From the IMG/VR virus record IMGVR_UViG_3300042350_004528, positions 62,001-126,000 of that record: DNA of 64,000 bases; one strand, written 5' to 3'. Below the pieces are notes generated by a model. That model saw nothing but the letters and a program-made list of their open reading frames with translations. It ran no database searches and had not been told where the DNA came from. The translations under genes and the position numbers were made by a program. Positions within the stretch are counted from its first letter, which is position 1. The number at the start of each line of letters is the position of its first letter. Of this stretch, positions 56,543 to 64,000 are shown piece after piece.

Positions 56543-58108
56543 ATGGGAATTTACCGCACATATTTTGACAAGAATAATACGATAGTAAAAGATTCTTTAG
56601 TTAATACAGGCAGAAACCAGGTTTCTGAGCTATACTTTGGTGATAAAGTAAGTAGATTTTTATTTTACTGTTCATTTGATGAGATAAAAAAGAAAGTTGA
56701 AAACAAAGAAATTATCATCAATAATGATGTTAAACATTATTTAAGAATAAAAAATACATCAAATTTTGATGTGTCACCTTTTTTATCCGATAGTAACAAT
56801 CTAGTTTTTACGGATAAATATAGATCCTCTTCATTTGATTTAGAATTAAAACCAGTTAAAGAATTTTGGGATGAGGGTATGGGGTATGATTTCCAACTTA
56901 GCCCATTTTCGAGACCCCAAGACCGCGATTTTAATGAAGAACCGTCAAACTGGTTTAATGGTACCTATGTTAATGAATTTTTAACACCTGGTGTTACATT
57001 AGGTAATAGATTAGCCCTACAACATTTCGATAGGGGTAATGAGGATGTTTTAATGGACATCACTGATTTCGTTAATGATGTGATAACTACTGGGACAACA
57101 ACAGGTATAACAACTGGAATCACAACAGGTATAACAACTGGGATTACTACGGGCATCACCACTGGAATCACAACTGGGGTTACCAGCGGGATTACCACTG
57201 GAATCACAACAGGTATAACAACTGGGATTACCACTGGAATCACAACAGGTATAACAACTGGTATTACTACGGGAGTAACAAGTAGTTACAATGGTTTTTG
57301 TTTAAAATACACAGACCCGTATGAATCTTTGGTTTTTGATGATTCTAGAGCGTATGTTTTAGGGTTATTTACAAAATACACACAAACATTTTTTGAACCG
57401 TTTATTGAAACACACTACAATGATCATATTGTCGATGATAGAGTTGATTTCTTTTTAAATAAATTAAATAGATTGTATCTTTATGTTAATATTGACGGAA
57501 AACTGACTAACTTGGATGAATTACCAACATTTACAATAAATGGGGTTGTAACAATAAACCCATTTATAGTTAAACAACAAACAAAGGGTGTTTATTACGT
57601 TGAATTTTTCGCATCAAGTGAGGTGTATGACTCTTATACTGAATATAAAGATGTTTGGTCTAACATAAAAATTAATGGTGTTAACAGACCAGATATAAGA
57701 TTACGCTTCGTGCCAAAAGAAGACAACGATTACTACCAACTCGGTTCTGATGTCTCGGAACCAATTAGATATGGGATATCAGTTAGCGGTATTAAAAGAG
57801 AAGAAAAGGTTAATCAAGGTGAAAAAAGACGTGTCAACGTTCACCTCAGAAAGCCATATACAGTTGAACAACAAGATGTAAAAACAAATGTATATTACAA
57901 ATTGTATATTAAACAAGGGCCAAATGTTATTGATATACTTGATTGGCAACCAGTTAACAAACTATATAATTCGAATACCTTTAATATCGATACAACCTGG
58001 TTGGTGCCACAAGTATATTACGTTGACATTAAAGTCGAAAGAAATGATGAAATTAATGTCTATAACGAAGAATTAAAATTCACTGTATTAAGTAAATTAA
58101 AAGGATAA
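56543..58108 (+). CDS. Structural protein with a (I/V)TTG x17 repeat and a C-terminal Ig-like region
   Basis: 521-aa ORF after the spike gene; beta-rich flanks. Confidence 0.7.
   Translation: MGIYRTYFDKNNTIVKDSLVNTGRNQVSELYFGDKVSRFLFYCSFDEIKKKVENKEIIINNDVKHYLRIKNTSNFDVSPFLSDSNNLVFTDKYRSSSFDLELKPVKEFWDEGMGYDFQLSPFSRPQDRDFNEEPSNWFNGTYVNEFLTPGVTLGNRLALQHFDRGNEDVLMDITDFVNDVITTGTTTGITTGITTGITTGITTGITTGITTGVTSGITTGITTGITTGITTGITTGITTGITTGVTSSYNGFCLKYTDPYESLVFDDSRAYVLGLFTKYTQTFFEPFIETHYNDHIVDDRVDFFLNKLNRLYLYVNIDGKLTNLDELPTFTINGVVTINPFIVKQQTKGVYYVEFFASSEVYDSYTEYKDVWSNIKINGVNRPDIRLRFVPKEDNDYYQLGSDVSEPIRYGISVSGIKREEKVNQGEKRRVNVHLRKPYTVEQQDVKTNVYYKLYIKQGPNVIDILDWQPVNKLYNSNTFNIDTTWLVPQVYYVDIKVERNDEINVYNEELKFTVLSKLKG
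57083..57286 (+). repeat. 12-bp coding tandem repeat, 17 units (ITTG/TTTG/VTSG/VTSS)
   Basis: Read directly; wobble positions vary between units. Confidence 0.97.
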
Positions 58109-58509
58109 TGGTACTCACATATATTAACCCACTTAGTAAAAACTATAAAGGTCAATACACTTACGAGTTTATATTTTCAAAAACAAATGAAATAAACTTT
58201 GGTGATGATTGGGACGTTTCTCCAGCCGCTAGTGGAACGCTAACACCGCCACCAATTGATGACATCGAAACTGTGGCTATACTAAAGACAAATGATATTG
58301 AATTGGATTTGGCAATTTATTCCGATAATTTTTCAATGTATGATTGCGTTGAAAACGTAATAGCTATGGGTTGGGAAAAAGAGTCACCCAATAATGAGGT
58401 TAGACTTGTGTTTCATTTTGGTGAATCCTATGAGAGTGTGAAAGAAAAACTATACAGTAGAGATAAAATAATTATAATGATAAAAACTCCAGAAAATGAA
58501 GAAATCTGA
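58108..58509 (+). CDS. Hypothetical protein
   Basis: 133-aa ORF, translationally coupled. Confidence 0.65.
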   Translation: MVLTYINPLSKNYKGQYTYEFIFSKTNEINFGDDWDVSPAASGTLTPPPIDDIETVAILKTNDIELDLAIYSDNFSMYDCVENVIAMGWEKESPNNEVRLVFHFGESYESVKEKLYSRDKIIIMIKTPENEEI

Positions 58510-59185
58510 TTTTATACAAAAATTAAAAGAAAATAAAGAAGTACCGAGTGTGGGTGACATTGAAAAAGCCTCACAAAATGTTGAAAAAATGGGTGCGGTT
58601 GTAAAACAATTTGGTGACCACCTTCAATCTTTAAAAGACATGGGTGTTTTGGGTGAAGATTTTGACGCATCAAAAGATTATGAATCTGAGACCGAATTTT
58701 TTAGTGACATGATCGATCATTTGATGTATAAAAAATACAAAATGACTTATTTTAAACCCGTTGAAAAAAAACAACTTGAAACTAAACCTAACGAGCCAGA
58801 AATTAATGACCCACAATTAAAAATTGATTTCCCAAAAGAAAAAACTTTCGAACCAGAAAAAGAGGAGGAAATAAAACCAATCTCACAAATGTCAGATTCG
58901 GAGTTTAAAGAGACTATGGATAAAAAATTGATGTTTGGTGGGGATGGTTCAATATTTTATGTGGTAAATTTAATTAAAAAAGGGGTTGAAGAGCTTAAAA
59001 ATAACCCAGATTCTGGAAAAAACGCATTAAGACCCGCTTATATAGCATTACAAGACATAATTAGAAAAAATCTTGAAGAAAATTTTGCGGATTCAAAAAT
59101 CTTCACTATTATTGCGGAGGCGGAAACGCCAAAAATCAGTAAAAAAGAAATTTTAGAATACTTAAACCGCAATGAACATGAGTAA
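58496..59185 (+). CDS. Hypothetical acidic/charged late protein
   Basis: 229-aa ORF. Confidence 0.65.
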   Translation: MKKSDFIQKLKENKEVPSVGDIEKASQNVEKMGAVVKQFGDHLQSLKDMGVLGEDFDASKDYESETEFFSDMIDHLMYKKYKMTYFKPVEKKQLETKPNEPEINDPQLKIDFPKEKTFEPEKEEEIKPISQMSDSEFKETMDKKLMFGGDGSIFYVVNLIKKGVEELKNNPDSGKNALRPAYIALQDIIRKNLEENFADSKIFTIIAEAETPKISKKEILEYLNRNEHE

Positions 59186-59294
59186 TACAAAAGAAAAAGA
59201 GGCCCCAGTTATCATTCCGACAACTACGCCAACAGAAGATCCGTCAAAGATCAAATTCCCAAAACCGAATGTTTTACCAAAACCTCAGGCATAA
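59178..59294 (+). CDS. Pro/Thr-rich micro-ORF (38 aa; not in the ORF track)
   Basis: MSNTKEKEAPVIIPTTTPTEDPSKIKFPKPNVLPKPQA; overlaps the upstream stop; alternative ATG at 59172. Confidence 0.5.
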   Translation: MSNTKEKEAPVIIPTTTPTEDPSKIKFPKPNVLPKPQA

Positions 59295-59295
59295 A

Positions 59296-59327
59296 TTTGG
59301 TTATTAAATTTTTTTTGCTTATCTTTG
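59296..59327 (+). promoter_or_regulatory. Bacteroidota sigma-A promoter TTTG-N20-TATCTTTG
   Basis: Exact consensus match. Confidence 0.75.
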
Positions 59328-59356
59328 CCCTATAAATAAAAATATAGGGCTTTTTT
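59327..59356 (+). terminator. Terminator-like hairpin overlapping the promoter
   Basis: GCCCTATA-AATAAAAA-TATAGGGC then T6 directly before the ATG at 59357. Confidence 0.7.
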
Positions 59357-60496
59357 ATGGAAAAAACTGAAAGACAATCGAATATCGACCTAACTGGATA
59401 TCCTAAGTTGATAAACAACGATATTCTAAACAAAATCGCTAATAGACGCCATCCTATGGCTAAAATGCCATATTATCACAAAAAAAATGAACCACAAAAA
59501 CTTCACGAAGAAGATATAATTGAGGATCGTTTTAAAGGTTTAGTCGATTCCTACACCAACACATTTGGCGGTAGTAAGGAACATATTAACCAGATTCGTG
59601 TCATGATGAACGCTGGGGCCAATGGTATGGAAATAATGCGCTCAGAGAAACCAAAACGCAGAGAGTTGGTTAGCTTAGTTGAACGGATTATGCGAGAAGA
59701 ATTTAATATTGATCGTGATGAGGTTTTATTTGACTTGGAAATTGTTGATGTCGGTTCGTGTGAACTTCCAGACGAAATGGATACCGAAAAAGAAATTAAG
59801 GATGATTTCGAACAAACCGATGATTTTGATATACTAAAGAAAAGGACTATTAACGCTTTTTCTCAAGGAGCTGCGTTGGCATCACATTATATTTTTCATA
59901 TGTATAAGAATGATTTTGAACGAATATGTCCAGATATCACTCCAACATACCAAAGAGCGCTTATAGCAAACGATTTGTTTTACTTTATGTTAGATGACAG
60001 TAGTTTACAAAGCCAACTTTGTGGTGGCGAAAGTGGCGCCAACGCGGGGTATTGTCGTTTAAATTTTGATGGTGATATACCTGTTATTGAAGCTAAAGCA
60101 ATTAGTGCACCGATACTACTACATGAAGTTACAAAAGCCCTAATAACATTTTTTTCGATTCCAGGTATTCAAAACATGGATAAAGAAACTATTGATGAAA
60201 CGGATTATGTGATGGCTGAATTGTGGGATATTCGTTTTGGTACAACACTTTGGGTTAATTTCCACTCACTTATAGATGAAAGAGATTATGACATTAAAAA
60301 ATTAATCTTTGTTGAAGTATTTAAAATGGATTCAGAGATGTTTGTTAAAGACTTCATGTACAATGTCATGAATAAACCCGAATTAGCTAAAAAAGAGATT
60401 GATTTTATCGTTAGAAAAATCAGAAATAAAATCACCGAATACCAATTTGAAAAGGATTCTGACGGTATCGACTTGTCCGATTTGGGTATTTTCTAA
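59357..60496 (+). CDS. Hypothetical protein
   Basis: 379-aa ORF. Confidence 0.75.
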   Translation: MEKTERQSNIDLTGYPKLINNDILNKIANRRHPMAKMPYYHKKNEPQKLHEEDIIEDRFKGLVDSYTNTFGGSKEHINQIRVMMNAGANGMEIMRSEKPKRRELVSLVERIMREEFNIDRDEVLFDLEIVDVGSCELPDEMDTEKEIKDDFEQTDDFDILKKRTINAFSQGAALASHYIFHMYKNDFERICPDITPTYQRALIANDLFYFMLDDSSLQSQLCGGESGANAGYCRLNFDGDIPVIEAKAISAPILLHEVTKALITFFSIPGIQNMDKETIDETDYVMAELWDIRFGTTLWVNFHSLIDERDYDIKKLIFVEVFKMDSEMFVKDFMYNVMNKPELAKKEIDFIVRKIRNKITEYQFEKDSDGIDLSDLGIF

Positions 60497-60524
60497 AATA
60501 AAAGTATTTATATGAAAATACTTT

Positions 60525-62309
60525 GTGAATATAACAGATAAAAGACAACTACTATTAGAGTACACAAAATGTGCTAAAGACCCTTCTTATGCAATTGAAA
60601 GTTATTTTGAAACTTTTGATAAAACACAAGAGGGTTTTGTGCCATTTAAATTATTTGACAAACAAAAGTTATTAATTAGTAATTACGAAACTAATCGATT
60701 TAATTTAGTTTTAAAATATAGACAAGCTGGTATATCAACGGTAACTGCGGCATACGCTGCGGTAAAAACAGCTTTTGCTATTTCAGATAACCCAGAGAGG
60801 GTGCTTATTCTAGCGAACAAACAAGAAACTGCCGTTGAATTCTTAAATAAGATAACAGGTTTTATCAAACAATTACCTGATTGGACTAACATTACATTCG
60901 ATAAAGCATCCCAAAAACATGTTAAACTATCAAATGGGTCAGAATTAAAGGCAGTTGCAACATCTACGGATGCGTTACGTGGTTATACACCAACAATAAT
61001 GATTCTGGACGAAGCTGCGTTTATTGAGGGTGGCCAAGCTCTTTGGTCAGCGTGTTTAGCTGCGATAGGTACTGGTGGTAAGGCGTTTTTAATATCCACA
61101 CCAAATGGTTTGGATGAAATCTACTATGAGGCGTATGAGGGTGCTATAAGTGGAACTAATAAATTTAAAGTAACACATTTAAAGTGGTGGCAAGATCCCC
61201 GTTTTAATAAAGATCTTTGTCTAATTAAAACAAACGACATTATAAATTGGATTCAAAAACCAGAAGCGGAAAAAGACGAGCATATTATTGAAAGCGCCGT
61301 TGCTTTACATTATGATATTATTATAAAGTTCATAGAAGAGGGTTATAAACCACATTCAACATGGTATGAGAATATGTGCCGTGATATGAACTTAAATAAG
61401 CGAATGATTAACCAAGAATTGGAGTGCGCTTTTATTGGTTCTGGTGACAACGTTATTGAGGGTGAGGTGGTAAGAAGACAAGAAGAGACCAACGTTATGG
61501 AACCATCATTCAAAGATAGAGAATGGGATAATAATGTTTGGGTTTGGAAAATGCCACAAAAAGGTCATAGATATATTTTAGCGTTGGATGTATCTCGTGG
61601 TGATTCCGAAGATGCGACTGGTATGTGTATTATTGACTACGATACATATGAACAGGTTTTAGAGTATCATGGAAAGGTTCCACCTGACATTGCGGCTCAA
61701 CTTGTTGATCATTACGGTAGAATGTATAATGCATTATCAACTTTTGATATAACTGGTGGTATGGGAATTGCTGCAACATCTAAGTTAAAGGAAATGAACT
61801 ACCCAAAATCATTACTACATTATGATAATCTAAACGATGATGCTTTTTATATACCACCACCAGATGCGGTACCTGGAATTAATTTTGCATCAAAAAACAG
61901 AAGAAGTCAAATCGTTGCCGCATTAGAGGAAGCGGTATCTAGAGGTGATTTTAAAATACGAAGTGAAAGATTGATAGCCGAACTTAAGAAGTTTATATAC
62001 AAAAACGGAAAACCAGACCATATGAAAGGATCTCACGATGATCTTATTATGGCTTTGGGTATGTGTTTATTCGTGGCTAACACATCATTTAAAAAGCTAC
62101 AAGAGTCTGATAGTATGACAAAGGCTATGTTGGATAGTTGGAGAACAAATATTAATACAACTTCAACAAAAAGTAGCTATTTATTAGAAGATACAATAAA
62201 ATCAGTACCAGATGAAGGTAGAGTCTACAATAAAAGAGAAGTAAATGACAATATTTTACAAAATACACGTGACTTTTCCTGGCTTTTTGGTAATATTAAT
62301 AAAAGATAG
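60525..62309 (+). CDS. terL: Terminase large subunit (T4 gp17-like)
   Basis: LVLKYRQAGIST (Walker A), IMILDEAAF (Walker B), ISTPNG, RNase H-like LALDVSRG and HDDLIMA; GTG start. Confidence 0.95.
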   Translation: MNITDKRQLLLEYTKCAKDPSYAIESYFETFDKTQEGFVPFKLFDKQKLLISNYETNRFNLVLKYRQAGISTVTAAYAAVKTAFAISDNPERVLILANKQETAVEFLNKITGFIKQLPDWTNITFDKASQKHVKLSNGSELKAVATSTDALRGYTPTIMILDEAAFIEGGQALWSACLAAIGTGGKAFLISTPNGLDEIYYEAYEGAISGTNKFKVTHLKWWQDPRFNKDLCLIKTNDIINWIQKPEAEKDEHIIESAVALHYDIIIKFIEEGYKPHSTWYENMCRDMNLNKRMINQELECAFIGSGDNVIEGEVVRRQEETNVMEPSFKDREWDNNVWVWKMPQKGHRYILALDVSRGDSEDATGMCIIDYDTYEQVLEYHGKVPPDIAAQLVDHYGRMYNALSTFDITGGMGIAATSKLKEMNYPKSLLHYDNLNDDAFYIPPPDAVPGINFASKNRRSQIVAALEEAVSRGDFKIRSERLIAELKKFIYKNGKPDHMKGSHDDLIMALGMCLFVANTSFKKLQESDSMTKAMLDSWRTNINTTSTKSSYLLEDTIKSVPDEGRVYNKREVNDNILQNTRDFSWLFGNINKR

Positions 62310-62315
62310 ATCATT

Positions 62316-62543
62316 GTGGCTAATAAAAAAACAGTTATATCGAGAATAAATTCAATTGGCGCAATGCGTCAAAATATTACTGGTGTACAAGTAAATGATA
62401 AAATTAGTGGTAGGGCGTTAAAAAAAGCATATTGCTCTATTGACAATGATAGTATAACCACTTATGTCCAAAAAAAAGAATGGGTTATAAGTTTAAACGA
62501 TTACCTATTTCCACCTTATGTGGAATGTGAATATGTAGTATGA
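62316..62543 (+). CDS. Hypothetical protein
   Basis: 75-aa ORF between terminase and portal. Confidence 0.6.
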   Translation: MANKKTVISRINSIGAMRQNITGVQVNDKISGRALKKAYCSIDNDSITTYVQKKEWVISLNDYLFPPYVECEYVV

Positions 62544-62544
62544 T

Positions 62545-64000
62545 ATGGCAGAAAAATTAACAGTATTTCAAAGATTAGGTCGCGTGTTGGGATCACAAAG
62601 TGGTGATCCAGCATATATTATCGACCCAAAATCCTTCGCTAATTTAGATGCGAAAGAATTAGAACAAAAAAAATTAGAGGCTCAACAAACCTACTATCTA
62701 CAAAATCAGTGGAAAAAAATTGACAATGAGCTTTACCAAAAAGCTGTATATTATGAGCCAACAAGAATGGCTTCATATTTCGATTATGAAGCCATGGAGT
62801 ATACACCAGAAATAGCAGCTGCGTTAGATATTTTTGCTGATGAGGCAACAACTTCAAACGAAAGTGGTAAAATTTTAAGCATTTATTCGGACAGTACCCG
62901 AATTAAGAATGAATTAATTGACTTATTTGAAAATGTGTTGGATATCAATACAAACTTAACTTCGTGGGCTAGAAATTTATGTAAATACGGAGATAATTTT
63001 GTATATAACAAAATCGTACCCAAAAAAGGTATTGTTGGTTGTGTACAATTACCAAATATTGAAATTACAAGAACCGAGCCTGGCTTTGTTCCAGTTAGAA
63101 ACTTAGATCAGTACCAAGAAGAAAATGCGATTCAGTTTCATTGGAAAGATAAAAATATAGATTTTAATTCATTCGAAGTTTCGCACTTTAGATTATTAGG
63201 TGATGATAGAAAATTACCTTATGGTACATCAATGCTTGAGAAAGTTAGAAGGATCTGGAAACAATTATTACTATCTGAAGATGCAATGTTGGTTTACCGT
63301 GTTACCAGAGCCCCAGAAAGAAGAGTTTATAAAATCTTTGTTGGTAACATGGATGACAAAGACGTTGATGGTTATGTTGACAAGATTGCAAATAATTTTA
63401 AAAGGATTAATATCGTAAATTCACAAAATGGTCAACAAGATACTAGATATAATCCATTAGCTGTCGATCAAGACTATTTTATTCCAGTAAGAGACCCAGC
63501 ATTAACAATGCCAATTGAGACTCTTCCTGGCGCACAAAACTTATCGGAAATCGCGGACATCGAATACATCCAGAAAAAAATGTTAGCGGCTCTTAGAGTA
63601 CCTAAAGCATTTTTGGGGTTTGATGAGGCAACTGGTGAAGGTAAAAACTTAGCCATACTTGATATTCGTTTTGCTAGAGCGGTACATAGAATACAAAAAG
63701 CCCTTATTCAAGAGTTAAATAAGATGGCGATTATTCATCTTTACCTTAAAGGTTATGAAGATGATTTAAATAATTTCACATTATCGTTAACGACACCATC
63801 AACACAAGCAGACATCCTTAAAGTACAAAACTGGAAGGAAAAAATTCAGCTATATCGCGATGCGGTATCTGATGCTGGAAATGGGTATGGTGCGGTATCG
63901 ATGACATGGGCCAAAAAAGAAATACTCGGTATGTCAGAAGAAGATATCAAACTTGATATTCAAAGACAAGCTGTTGAGAAAGCTGGTGGTGAAGAAATTA
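62545..64000 (+). CDS. Portal protein (T4 gp20-like), partial
   Basis: Absent from the track (no stop in window). ATG 62545 MAEKLTVFQRL...; motifs EIAAALDIFADE, PYGTSMLE, EDAMLVYRVTRAPERRVY, DYFIP, TLPGAQNL, ALRVPKAFL. Confidence 0.95.
   Translation, partial: MAEKLTVFQRLGRVLGSQSGDPAYIIDPKSFANLDAKELEQKKLEAQQTYYLQNQWKKIDNELYQKAVYYEPTRMASYFDYEAMEYTPEIAAALDIFADEATTSNESGKILSIYSDSTRIKNELIDLFENVLDINTNLTSWARNLCKYGDNFVYNKIVPKKGIVGCVQLPNIEITRTEPGFVPVRNLDQYQEENAIQFHWKDKNIDFNSFEVSHFRLLGDDRKLPYGTSMLEKVRRIWKQLLLSEDAMLVYRVTRAPERRVYKIFVGNMDDKDVDGYVDKIANNFKRINIVNSQNGQQDTRYNPLAVDQDYFIPVRDPALTMPIETLPGAQNLSEIADIEYIQKKMLAALRVPKAFLGFDEATGEGKNLAILDIRFARAVHRIQKALIQELNKMAIIHLYLKGYEDDLNNFTLSLTTPSTQADILKVQNWKEKIQLYRDAVSDAGNGYGAVSMTWAKKEILGMSEEDIKLDIQRQAVEKAGGEEI

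Noticed and set aside
57083-57286. Repeat tract as a CRISPR array or DGR template/variable repeat
   Set aside because: Contiguous in-frame 12-bp coding units with no spacers; no cas genes or reverse transcriptase in the window.
1-64000. Stop-codon reassignment (alternative genetic code) as seen in some large phages
   Set aside because: Conserved genes are intact in code 11; TAG (e.g. 54673-54675) and TGA (e.g. 47120-47122) terminate genes at expected boundaries.
1-64000. tRNA, rRNA, IS elements or integrase
   Set aside because: Intergenic gaps are short and I saw no cloverleaf, transposase or recombinase signature; a tRNAscan-SE run would be needed to exclude tRNAs formally.

Overview
This is a 64-kb, very AT-rich segment of a large myovirus with T4-like structural genes. 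The host is probably a Bacteroidota member: upstream regions carry TTTG-N20-TAnnTTTG sigma-A promoters and I saw no Shine-Dalgarno motifs. Layout: (1) 1-21044, a minus-strand tail module (baseplate, 2485-aa hub-like protein, tape measure, tail chaperone pair, tube, sheath, completion and neck proteins). (2) 21-33 kb, a SNF2 helicase, GP88-like protein, neck and fibre-like genes, and a family-B DNA polymerase. (3) 33-35.6 kb, small late genes, a WYL protein and a holin. (4) 35.7-51.6 kb, a glycan island (NeuB, NeuA, GT29-like sialyltransferase, Maf/DUF115, NeuD-like, DegT, methyltransferase, about 8 glycosyltransferases) mixed with dUTPase and PhoH. (5) 51.6-64 kb, a gp55-like sigma factor, spike and baseplate genes, large terminase and a partial portal. 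Strongest leads: a macrodomain-like module inserted in-frame in the polymerase exonuclease domain (possible built-in anti-DarT activity); a phage-encoded nonulosonic acid synthesis and transfer system alongside Thr/Gly-rich repeats in probable virion proteins (possible self-glycosylated virion); and a putative late promoter, TATTTAT, that is the reverse complement of the T4 late promoter. All calls come from motif recognition by eye; no database searches were run.
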